From Entomortierella parvispora E1425 (taxonomy: Eukaryota > Fungi > Mortierellomycota), in NCBI GenBank assembly GCA_020891255.1, contig BQFW01000003.1:1426001-1490000 (forward strand): DNA of 64,000 nucleotides. The letters run 5' to 3'. Every line of letters starts with the position of its first letter. The first letter of the stretch is position 1. Below, piece after piece: positions 1-10,978 of this stretch. The position numbers and the translations under genes are program-made. Below the pieces are notes generated by a model. That model had not been told where the DNA came from. It saw only the letters and a list, made by a program, of their open reading frames with translations, and did not search any database.

Positions 1-591
1 CCCGCAAGGCTAAGGGTGCTGCCAAGGTAAACATACATACCTTTTGATTGCCTTTTGGGTTGTTTGATTATTATTTTAGAGTGGACTGTTTCGAGAAGCA
101 TTGATGTTGCTGAAGAATGGACATCAATCGAAGGAACCAGGATCTACTTTTCGAGGACAATTCCTAGCGAGACCCAACCATGGTTACCATGGAAACATAG
201 CCGCTGGGTGATTGGATACCTTGGATATGATTGTCTGCGATTACTTGACTACGACAGGACTATCGACTCTTATCGACCTTTTCTCTCTGGAACTGGAAAC
301 TCAGTTCTGTCATACCATTACTTCAATATCAGTTTTCCTAATCCTGCGCCTTTTGTTTATTTTATCCAGGTCGAGTCCGAGGAGCTCAACAAGGCTCGCT
401 CGAACCACGTCCAGCGCAAGATCGAGTCCCGCAAGGCTGATGCCAAGGTCGACCCCGCCCTTGACCACCAGTTCGCTGCCGGTCGTCTCTACGCCTGCTT
501 GTCGTCCCGCCCCGGTCAGTCTGGCCGTGCTGACGGATACATTCTTGAGGGCCAGGAGTTGGCTTTCTACATCCGCAAGCTCAAGAAGTAA
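1..591 (+). CDS. RPS8: 40S ribosomal protein S8 (eS8), 3' part; exons 1..26 and 370..591, gene starts upstream of the window
   Basis: The spliced reading RKAKGAAK|[73 protein letters not shown] contains the eS8 signature [20 protein letters not shown] intron at 27..369. Confidence 0.95.
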
Positions 592-675
592 ATGTAGTTT
601 TGCAGGTTTCTTCTCTTACCAACGCTGACTATAAAATTTCACCAGTTTTTTATACGATTGATTTTGATGTTTGTA

Positions 676-933
676 CAGTAACCCTGAAAAAGTCACCGGC
701 GAAAAAATTTTGAAAAAAAAAAGGGTGACACAAAACGACTTTTTGCGTGCTAAAGCCATGTAATTTTGCCCTCGCCTTTTTTTTTTCTGATTTTCGATCA
801 GTCCTCGCCGTTCACTTCTATGAGAGGTCCCCTTAGTTAGAATAAAGTGATCCTGGCGGAGACCAAAATCATGCTCGCCTCCCCTCCCTGAATCACCCCA
901 TATAAATTTCTACTCAGGTTAAAACAGAAAATC
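676..933 (+). repeat. Left terminal inverted repeat of Tc1 copy 1 (258 bp)
   Basis: Reverse complement of 2176..2433. Confidence 0.95.
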
Positions 934-1012
934 GCACGTGATCATCGATGAGAGAAAAAAGCTCCGTCATTCCATCTCCCATTTCATCCTCATCCACGCA
1001 TTCCTCATCACC

Positions 1013-2125
1013 ATGCCTCGAATTCATCCGGTGGCTGCAAGGCAAGAACTTCTATCCAAACTGTTTCCCGCACCAGCTCCAGAAGCACCTCGGGAGGCAA
1101 GGAAAGAACTCTCTCTTGAGATGCGGTACTTCATTGCGGGCATGTATGCTGGAGGCTCCAAGTCAGCGGCCCAAATCTCAAGAGAGTTGCACATTCCTGT
1201 CTCGACCATCAAAGATACCCTTGCAAGTCTCAGGAACGATGGGCTTCCTAAACCCATATTAAGAACCGGACGCCCGCGTAAGATGAGTGAACGAACTACC
1301 CGTGCTGTTGTTCGCTACCTTCTTAAGAATCGACGTGCCACGGCGCAAGAATTGACTAACGCCGTCTCCCATATTTCTCCTCTTCATCGGGACACCGTTA
1401 CAAAGGCCATTCTTCGCCTCAACTTTGCGTCTCGTATTGCAGCGAAGAAGCCATATCTTAAGCCGGCACATGAATTAGCCCGTCTTAACTTCGCAAAGAA
1501 GCACGAGAAGTGGACAGTAGAAGACTGGAAAAAGGTGATATGGACGGACGAGTCAAGCTTTGAAATTGGAAAGAACTCGCGCCGAATACGTGTTTGACGT
1601 CGTAGTTACGAGCGATTTCATTCAGACTGCCTTGCCTCCACCTTCAAGTCCGGGCGGACGTCGGTTATGGTCTGGGGAGCATTCTGTGGGGATTTGAAGA
1701 AGTGCAAACTCATCCTAATCCCGAAGGACAAGCGCACCGCGGCAGACTATGTTAAGTACGTATACGAAAACGCACTTTCTGGATACTACAATCACGCGGA
1801 GAACCCATCTGAGCTCATCCTGATGGAGGATGGAGCACCCACACACAAGTCTAATCTTCCGAAGGCATGGCGAGCGGCCTATGGGATGGATCGACTGGTT
1901 TGGCCGGCACAGTCACCAGACTTGAATCCTATAGAAAATGTTTGGAGGCTCATGAAAGCTTGGATCAGCCTGCAACCAATACCTTCCAACGAAGCAGAAA
2001 TGTGGAAGCTTACTGAAGCCGCCTGGGAGCGTGTATCAGGGGACTTCTTGAACCGTCTTGTGGAGAGTATGCCCGCTCGGATGAAGGCCGTGATTGCTGC
2101 GAAAGGTGGAGCCACAAGGTGGTAG
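1013..2125 (+). pseudogene. Tc1 transposase (370 codons) interrupted by one in-frame TGA at 1595..1597
   Basis: N-terminal HTH region, GRPRK motif, WTDES (D1), MEDGAPTH (D2), WPAQSPDLNPIEN (E, 34 residues after D2). The frame continues directly after the TGA (RIRV*RRSYERF...VMVWG). Confidence 0.93.
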
Positions 2126-2175
2126 TATAGTTTCTCCAGCCAAAAAGGACGGATCGTTTGTTGTAAATAATAGTT

Positions 2176-2433
2176 GATTTTCTGTTTTAACCTGAGTAGA
2201 AATTTATATGGGGTGATTCAGGGAGGGGAGGCGAGCATGATTTTGGTCTCCGCCAGGATCACTTTATTCTAACTAAGGGGACCTCTCATAGAAGTGAACG
2301 GCGAGGACTGATCGAAAATCAGAAAAAAAAAAGGCGAGGGCAAAATTACATGGCTTTAGCACGCAAAAAATCGTTTTGTGTCACCCTTTTTTTTTTCAAA
2401 ATTTTTTCGCCGGTGACTTTTTCAGGGTTACTG
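2176..2433 (-). repeat. Right terminal inverted repeat of Tc1 copy 1 (258 bp)
   Basis: Reverse complement of 676..933. Confidence 0.95.
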
Positions 2434-2627
2434 TACAGAGTGTGGAGACAGATAAACCTTTGGATCAGTCTTTTTGGCTCCACTTTCGAAAAAGTTGAAA
2501 ATGCGGGCAGTTCGGGAAGGGCAGGGATCCACAAACGACGAGAAAGAAAAGACAGGTTTTTGCTTCTTTTTTTTTCTCATTCCTCCATCCCGTCCCCTTT
2601 GTCTCTCTTCACATTCTCATTTACATC

Positions 2628-3274
2628 ATGGGAGGTCGTAGTCCGATTACGTGCCATGTGCTCGATTCCTCATGCGGCAAACCCGGTCGCAATGTTCCCG
2701 TCAAGCTCGAGATGCTCAACCCAGCTGCCAACAACTCTTGGGCCTCCGTTGCCTATGGGTAAGGATATGGATTGGCCCCTTCTTTTATACAAGGACGGAC
2801 ACTCAAGGAGCGACCCAGTAGACGACTATTTCCAAATTCCAAGGCCATGGTTGATAGGACTGACTGCACAATTGCTCACACTCGGTCTCTTTCACCCTCT
2901 CTTTCACCTCTCTCTTGGAACTGAACAAAAAAAAATGTAGATTGACAGACTCGGATGGTCGCGTGGGTGGCCTCTTGGATTCTTCCCATCAGCTCGTTGC
3001 CGGTATCTACCGTATGACTTTCCAGACTGCCGAGTACTGGGCTGCCACTGGCGTTACTGGATACTTCTACCCCTACGTTCAGGTAAAACTAATCATAAGA
3101 AAAAAAAAAAGACGGAAGGAGCAGAAACCAATTTGTTGCACTCACTCCCCTTCTAACTCTGTTTTTTTTATCCAATAGATCATTTTTGAGGTCGCTCCAG
3201 GTGCCGAGAAGCAACATTACCATATCCCATTGCTCTTGAGCCCCTACTCTTACACTACATACCGCGGATCATAG
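2628..3274 (+). CDS. 5-hydroxyisourate hydrolase (transthyretin-like); exons 2628..2758, 2941..3082, 3179..3274
   Basis: The spliced product MGGRSPITCHVLDSSCGKPG...TDSDGR...YFYPYVQ|IIF...HYHIPLLLSPYSYTTYRGS* has the HIUase H, R and C-terminal YRGS signature. Confidence 0.93.
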
Positions 3275-3477
3275 GCCTTGGACCCTCTGTTCAAGAAATA
3301 AAACAATACGAAAAATCAAGGTGAACCATGACTGTAGAGTGATCTTTATGATTATGATGTTTAAGGAGAGAAAGGTATACAATAAGAGTGGGATTGGTTC
3401 TATATAGGAAGGGTTGAGGGAGAGGAGGAGATAAGAATACCGGGTGAGAAGCAAAAATGAAGTCAATGCCTCATCTT

Positions 3478-5170
3478 TTACAAAGCAAAAAACTCGTCTC
3501 TGCGCTTGAAGTACTCGTTAAACCGAAGGACTGCATAGGGCATGTAGTCAAAATCAATGTCCGAGAGCTGTGCTTGGACCAAAGCCCAAACTCCCCAGTA
3601 GAAATGAGAAGCCAAAGCAAACTTGTTGACCTCTCTGTAGAGCTGCTCGACATCCTCGTCAGTGACCATAGCCTTGGACTCCTCTTCAGTTTGGCTTGCC
3701 GCGGTCTCAAGATATGTCCTCAGCCACTTCAGCTGGACTGGTCGGGAAGGATAGTTCTCGTACTCGCACTCAAACCCGCACATCTCGTTGAAGTGGTTGG
3801 CGATATCGAAGGCACGGAAAGAGTAGGAGCCGTACTCATAGTCGATAAAAAAGGCGTCGTCCTTGACCTCATCGTAGATCAAGTTTCCATAGAGCAAGTC
3901 GTTGTGGCAAAAGACAACGGGCGAATTCAGCCTCAAGAGATGATCCTCCAACATAGCCAACTCCGAGTAGATCTGCTTCATGTCAAAGTTCTTTGCAAAA
4001 ATCTCCTGCACATCTGGCTTGGTGTAAGCCTCAGGCACCTCATGGATCCATTTATGGATAGTCTTGAACAACTTAGAGCTGCGCTCTCCAGGGATCGTAA
4101 CGGTGCTATGCCAGATGGCAACCTTCTTAGCCACAAGCTCCATCATATGGGGGTCCCGCATGTCAGCGACCTTGAAGACCTTTCCAGGGATGCAACCATA
4201 GGCCAATCCGTTCCTGAACTTGCCAAACAAAGGCGGGCACAGACCGAGCTCGGACAAGATGACCATGTTCTGCAAAAGTTCATTGATGGAGGAATGTCAT
4301 TAGTATGATTCTCTTAATAGGTCTTCTGGAGGTTACAGCAAAAAGAACTGAAGGATGAGCAGCACCCTTCGCATCTCAAGAGGGTCGACTGAAAACAGCC
4401 TTGCCACCAACCAGCTTCAAAAGATCACATGGACCCGGACCCAACCGCAACAAAAAAAGATTTCTGAGCACAAACAAAAAGGCGAAGACACCACACGACC
4501 ACAACGCAGCCAGGGACAAAAGTCCAAATAATAAACATTCCCCTGCCCTGTCCGCATTGATCCACTCTCCTGCAACCCAAGCGCCCTTCCTTCCATCTTG
4601 CAACGCAACGTTTTTCCTTTGCTCGATTCCTGCAAAGATCCGATGCCCTTGCTTGTTTACTTTACTCCTTTTGGTTGCCATGTCCTGTCTACATCGCCTG
4701 GCCTGCCAAGGCAAACAAAGAAAACAATCCTGTGACGCCCATGCTCCTCCTTTGCTGTGTTCCTTTTGGGTGCTTCCTTACCATGATCTCCTGTTTGCGG
4801 TCAATGATAACTTCGCTCTTCTTTCCATAGGCTCGAACAAGGACCTGGGTGCCAGTGGGGTTGTGGGTGCAGCAGATCACTATAGTCATGGTCGGGAAGA
4901 GAAAAAAGAAAGTGTATGTTTAATAAACATGATACGCCTTTTTTTTGTCTCCTTCACAAACATATCCTTACGCTTGTTGGTAATGCCATCCTTGAATTGA
5001 AGAAACGAGATGTCGCTTGTGTTCCATTCGGGAAAGAGGGCTGTCATGACGGTAGCAGCGCCATTGAAGAGGTCGTCGTGATGGACGGTGAGGTCCAGAG
5101 TAGGCACAGCGTTGTGAATGTACTCATCAACCTGGGCCTCGGTTGGGTTTGTGATGTGAGTGGCCAGCAT
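3478..5170 (-). CDS. Ethanolamine/choline kinase; 3 exons, with a long second intron of ~0.5 kb
   Basis: Motifs FKDGITNK, LVRAYGKKSEVIIDRKQE, the Brenner motif CHNDLLYGN, IDYEYGSY..RAFDIANHFNE and C-terminal SDIDFDY. Confidence 0.92.
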
Positions 5171-6635
5171 TTGGGTATGAATGAGGAATAGACCTGTGGG
5201 TTCGGAGGGCTGGCTGGCAAGGCAAAAAAGATAAATGCGGAGATGTGAGGAGGGGAGAAAAGAAGAGCAGCGATGAATGAAAGGAAGAAGAGAAAGAAAA
5301 AAAAAGATGAAAAGAACGGAGTCGGCTGTTGGTGCGTCTCTGTGGTTGCAGGGCGAGAGACCTGACGGGACCAAAAAAAGACTGGCTCGGCAGGTTTTGC
5401 CTGGATATAACGTGCGCTGTCTCCATTATTTCCATGCAACAATATGCATCTCTTTCTTTTTTTGTACGTAAATCCTAGAGTCGCCTCTCTCTGGCAGCCT
5501 GTCGCTTTTGACTCTCGCGGACAAGATCACAGAACAAACGGAGATGGAGAGACACTCATTTCACCAGCAATGAACCCACACACGCGATATTGTTTTTTCT
5601 TTTTTTATTATTATTTTCTGCCTGTTCTATCATTTTGTTTTGCTCATGTGCTTACTTGATCTATACCTGTTGCAAATGAACAAAGAAAAAACACAATCAG
5701 GTCAGTCTTTTGGTCATTCACTTTTCTTTTCTCTTTCAAAAAAGGGAGTATCAACGACTCGAAGGGCAGAAGCGGTAGCAATTGGGATCAGATAGTTTAG
5801 AAAAAAATTGGTTGTCTTCCTGTAGCGGGGTCTTACTTCCACCTCATAAACACGGACCAAACAAGATTCATCATATTGCTGCTTTGCTCAAACGAGTCGC
5901 TGTTCGCGAAAAAGGGAGGAAGAGGGATGGGGAAGGGCTGAAGGGAAAACAAAGAATCAATTGACTTACCATGCGATATCTAGAATGATATGGACTGAAG
6001 AGGGAATACTAAAGGACGGGAGGGTGATGAAAGATGAGAGAAAGAAAGAAAAGAGAAAAGGAAGACAGCGCGCTCTGTTTTCTTTTGTCCTTCCAACTTA
6101 CAAGCCACAACTCTGCTTCAAACATAAAACACCCTATTTTTTTGCAGCTCCGAGAAAGGCAGGCACGCAGGCCGAGAAAGGCAGGCACGCAGGCACGTTG
6201 GAGACGCGAATCCTGGACAGACGAGCCAATTTGTTGTTTCAACGACCTGGCTGTCCGCTCAAACAAAGACGCCATATGGCACCGATGATACGATGACAGC
6301 GATGATAATAAGACAGACGAGTACCTACCTGCACAATACCCAATTTACCCTGCTGGTCATCACTCACCTCTCTCTCCAGTTGCCTCTCCTATGCATTGTC
6401 AATGTTGCACAATTGCTCCTCTCCTCAGAGCCAATATGCAAAGATCGTTGGCAGAGAGATTTCGTTGTACCATGGTCCAATTGGTGCTGCCCTCTCCGCC
6501 TCAATGACTCGTGGGACGACGAGGGCGTTGCAGCTCTTGTCTTCGCTGTATTTGTGACCCTCCAACGAGCTCACTTGGGTTTTCCTCTCTTTAACGACTT
6601 CCCTCCATCTTCCACCTCTCGTCGCACCTTCCTCT

Positions 6636-8698
6636 ATGTCAGAACAGGCACCCTCTTCTCTTTCTCCATCCACTCCTGCGTTGCCAGGTGTTCGACCCAA
6701 TGTCTTAATCGTTGGTGCAGGACTCGGAGGTCTCACCATGGCGTTGCTCTTAGAAAAGTCGAACGTCCCTTACACCATTCTCGAGAGAGCACCAGCTATC
6801 AAGTCCCTTGGTAATTATAACCTGGTCTTCCCTTGGGTCCTTTCGATCGAGCCTCTTTTGTTGCTGCTTCTGTTGTTTGGTCTTTACGGGATGGTTGAAC
6901 AACATTAAGTCTGCGTTGTTGACGATAACACTATCGCTCGTTAGGTTCAGCACACGTCCTGGCAGAAAATATTGCCCCCCTTTTCCAACAGCTCGGCATC
7001 TACGAGGAGTTCAAGTCTCTTGGTCATCTCTGTCGAACAGCTCAAATGCATGACGAACATTGTCACTTGGACTTTGTCATGGACTTTGAGCCTCGAGCAA
7101 CTATGTAACTCTTTCCCCCCTCTACCACGGTCGCTGCAGGCGAAGAAAATGGGTGGGAATTGTGACTTTCAAACTGGACACAACGAAACTAACGGGAAAC
7201 ATTTTTTTTTTTTGTTGCAACAGGGGCGGGGGCGACGGATATATCATCTCCAGACCGACACTTCACCAGATGCTCTATAGCAAGATCCCGGCCGAGAAGA
7301 TTCACCTTGGTAAACGTGTTGTGGCTTTGAAACAGGATGCGGACAAGGTAACCGTTCAATGTAAAGACAATTCAGTCTACGAAGCCGATATCCTCATTGG
7401 TGCCGACGGTGCCAACTCCGGTGTCCGTCAAGGGTTCTATAAAATCCTCAAGACCGAGAACAAACTTCCAGTCTCGGACGACGTCGCACTCCCGTTCAAC
7501 TGCCTCTGTCTTGTTGGCCAAACGGGAACGCTCGACCCCGAGGCATTCCCAGAACTCAAAAAGGAGAATAGCACCTTCAACAGCATGAGTGCTGCTGGCA
7601 AACCGTTTTCGGTAAACCAATACCCCATTCTCGACGTTTACAAAGTGAGGACAGTCCATGATCACTGACAGCTCTTTCTTTACATTTATCTATAATCGAA
7701 ATGGGCCATAGTGGTCCACTTTTGTGACAAAACAAAACACTCTCTGCTGGATGGTAACACAATATCTGGACCAGACTATGAGCAAAGACGAGGATCGGTT
7801 CCGGGCTTCAGACTGGGGCCCTGAGGCTGCCGAGGCTATGTGTGAGGAAGTTAGACACTTCCCGATCCCCAATGGAGGCAAACCCGCAACCTTGGGAACC
7901 TTGATCGACCTCACGCCTAAGGACTTGATCTCAAAGGTGGTCTTAGAGGAGAAGGTGTTTACAACGTGGTACTCTGGAAGGACCGTCCTTATGGGTGATG
8001 GTATGTTGGAGACCTTGATACTGTGCTTTATAGTCGCTCGCCTCCATTTTGGGCTTGACCTAACGTCTTCTGCCTTCCTCTTGTCTTCATTTGCCCTCTT
8101 TAGCCTGCCACAAGGTAAAATATCTTCTGTATGTTTTCAATGTTTCTCGCTCGTACTTAACACACCTGAAATTCCATCATCAACAAACAATAGCTGAGTC
8201 CTTCTGGTGGTGTGGGGGCAGTTACTGCAATGCACGACGCCATATGTCTTGCCAATTGGATCAACGTCTTGCCCTCCACCAAAGTCGACAAGATCGAGCG
8301 CATCTTCCAACAATACTATGAAGAACGATTCCCTATCGCTCAGGGTGCCTTCCGATCCAGTCAGCTCTTCAACAAGATCAATGCCAAGGTAAACTTAAAG
8401 AATGAGGGGCGAGAGGAGGGGAATGCATGTATGTCACTGATAAACAGACGATTGACCTCAGCATGACTCTTTTCTCTTTTCGGATAAGAACTTCACTGGT
8501 GTCACGATCCGATATATTCAAAGGAACATGCCTGCATGGATTTGGACCATGCTTTTGAAAAAGATGTCTCTCCAGCGACCTCAGGTCTCGTTCTTGCCTC
8601 GCGTTGAAGACAGAGGAACAGTTCCGGCAGCAGCACAGCCGAGTTTCACCCATACTCAAGCCATCCTCGAACGAACACAGGGCGCAATGACCATCTAA
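6636..8698 (+). CDS. FAD-dependent monooxygenase (FAD_binding_3 / salicylate hydroxylase-like), multi-exon
   Basis: VLIVGAGLGGL (Rossmann), ILIGADGANS (DG motif), GRTVLMGD|ACH..GGVGAVTAMHDA (GD motif), and a final exon ending ...ERTQGAMTI*. Introns are GT-AG. Confidence 0.9.
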
Positions 8699-9308
8699 AC
8701 CCTTGATCTATAATCCCCTATATACGGATATGTGCGTCTATCAGCCCTCTTGCAGAAGGGACAAGGGTATTGTAGGGAATAAACATTACCAACCCGATTG
8801 ACATTTCATCAGAGGGCCAAATGAAAAAGATTTCCAGAGTGGAAGAGTCTAGACGCATCCCGCTGTTGTTTTGCGCTGAGGATCACACAAACCGGGTTTG
8901 GGAGCCAATGGTGGACAGCTGCACTTCCTTTGTTTGCTAGAAATATAATGCTTCCGACAAGCTAGGAGGACACAGTTCAACCCAAAGACCTTGTCGTAAC
9001 TGAACTGCAGAAGCACCAAGATTCATCGCACCATTGAAGGGAAAAAAAAACGCGTCCCTGGCACGCTTGGTAAAAATCAAAAAGCAACGCGCAGCAGAAG
9101 ATGGACGAACACGTTCTTCACGTTCCATATGACCATCCTCCCCCTTTTTTTGGATCCTCCGGAAAATGTAAGTTCCCAACACAACCAACAATCACCAAGT
9201 CCATGACAACCCATGCCGTCTTTGTTGAGGAAGACGTCTTGTTCTCCCTCATCCCTTCAACATCGACCGCCATAGACACCCCCTCACCTCGAAGAGCAAC
9301 AAAAAAAA

Positions 9309-10802
9309 ATGAAGCCAACCCAGACCTTCCTCTCTCTTGGCAAGGTCCTCGCCCTTGTCGCAGCCTCGTCTTCTTGGATGAGTCTCGTTGTCCAGGGGTT
9401 CGAATTCAAGGTCGCAGATGAGCTCAAGATCGGCTCCGAGAGCACGATCGAATGGATCGGAGAAACCTCTCTCGGTCGTGTTGAACAATCAGTGGTCCTC
9501 TTCAAGGATGATGAGCCCGTCATGACCCTTTGCGAAGGTTTCATTGCCGGATCTGGGAAATGTTCATTCACCCTTTCCGAAAAGGATGTTAGAACGGAGG
9601 ATCGGGGGAACTATGGTTACCATTTGGGTTTCCAGGGCTCTGATGGATTGGTTTTGGATGTCTCCAAAGATTTCACCATCAAGTCGGGCAAGAAAGAGTC
9701 AAAACACAGTCATGCCAAGGACGATGATGACGAAGAGGAGGAGGATGAAGAGGCAGACGAAGAAGAGGAAAAGGTCGAACAAATGGCTAGAAAGCACCGA
9801 AATCATCACGACGAAGACGAGGAGGCAGATGAGGAAGATGAAAAAGAACAAAAAAGGGAACGTAAACGAGAACAGGAAAAGGAGAGGGAAATGGAAGAGC
9901 GACGTCAAAAAAAGATGGAACAAGAACAAAAGAAGGAACAAGAACAAAAGAAGGAACAAGAACGAAAGAAGGAGCAAGAACGAAAGAAAGAACAAGAACA
10001 AAAGAAGGAACAAGAACAAAAGAAGGAGAAAGAACAACGAAAAAAGAAACAGGCACAGCGTGAACAACAACAGCAGCAGCGGCAGCAAAAAAACAAAAAG
10101 GCCTTCAGAGATCATTCACAGGAAGAGTTGGACGACGAGCTTGACATGGACGTTGACTTGGATACCCTTTTGGGGGAACAGGTTACCTTCCCCAATACAG
10201 GCCCTTATCATCCCCATCTGCCACGTCCCCCATCCTCGACAACTTCAGTAGCCAGTACTCCCACTCCCCCTTGTATGTATGTTGCAGGCTCTTCACCACA
10301 GGCTGCCATTGTCTCCGATCAAGGGGTTGCACCGGCTCCTCTTGATCGAACCGCTCCAGTTATCGTCGCTGATACGGCTGCTGCTGCCCCAATGGCCCCT
10401 GATGCTATCGAACCTTCCTTACCTGAGACCAACATTGTGACTCCAGGACCACCAGTTGCGAATCATCCCAATGAACCAAAAAAGGTTGACGACGCGAAAA
10501 ATGGTATCAAAGACGCAAAGGACAAAAAAACCCAGAAGGAAAAGAAAGAAAGAAAGGACACCAAAAATGACAGGGACCACAAAGACCCGAAGGAAAAGAA
10601 GGGTGAAGAAAAGGACAAATCCAAAGCATCGGAGCAGGCACTCAAAGACGACAGCTGGTCCAAGGTCATCCTTGGCGTTAAGTCGTTCGCCAAGACCATC
10701 GGCTCCGTCGTCTCGGATGGATTCTCAAAGATGAAGGCTGTCGTGACCGGCGATCCCCATGCGGAGGAACAACAAGACTTGAGTCAAGAGCCGAAGCCGT
10801 AA
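9309..10802 (+). CDS. Hypothetical secreted protein (497 aa): signal-peptide-like N-terminus, beta-rich domain, acidic tract, EQEQKK/EQERKK repeats, Pro-rich and Lys/Asp-rich regions
   Basis: Intronless ORF with hydrophobic N-terminus (VLALVAASSSWMSLVVQG) and 18-bp tandem units at ~9920..10040. Confidence 0.75.
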   Translation: MKPTQTFLSLGKVLALVAASSSWMSLVVQGFEFKVADELKIGSESTIEWIGETSLGRVEQSVVLFKDDEPVMTLCEGFIAGSGKCSFTLSEKDVRTEDRGNYGYHLGFQGSDGLVLDVSKDFTIKSGKKESKHSHAKDDDDEEEEDEEADEEEEKVEQMARKHRNHHDEDEEADEEDEKEQKRERKREQEKEREMEERRQKKMEQEQKKEQEQKKEQERKKEQERKKEQEQKKEQEQKKEKEQRKKKQAQREQQQQQRQQKNKKAFRDHSQEELDDELDMDVDLDTLLGEQVTFPNTGPYHPHLPRPPSSTTSVASTPTPPCMYVAGSSPQAAIVSDQGVAPAPLDRTAPVIVADTAAAAPMAPDAIEPSLPETNIVTPGPPVANHPNEPKKVDDAKNGIKDAKDKKTQKEKKERKDTKNDRDHKDPKEKKGEEKDKSKASEQALKDDSWSKVILGVKSFAKTIGSVVSDGFSKMKAVVTGDPHAEEQQDLSQEPKP

Positions 10803-10978
10803 TCGTAGCAAAAAAGAAGCGAGAAAGGAGGCATTTCTCAAAAAAAAAAAAAAAAAGAAAAAAAAACCACCTCTCATCACTCTTCAACTAGCTGTGGAAT
10901 TGAACGTCGTTTGAAGAACTATTTTTTTTATTTCATTTCTACTTGTGTTGGTACTCTTGAAAAAAACCGATGTTTCGT

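Larger units (their letters stand above)
676..2433 (+). mobile_element. Tc1/mariner (DD34E) DNA transposon, copy 1, 1758 bp, 258-bp TIRs, TA target duplication
   Basis: Ends read TA|CAGTAACCCTG...CAGGGTTACTG|TA. Segments 676..933 and 2176..2433 are inverted repeats (one mismatch noticed). Internal transposase reading frame. Confidence 0.97.

Noticed and set aside
1595-1597. A genome-wide UGA=Trp genetic code as the explanation for the transposase stop
   Set aside because: Other Trp residues I checked, including several in the transposase itself, use TGG. TGA also serves as the apparent stop of the Fanzor ORF.
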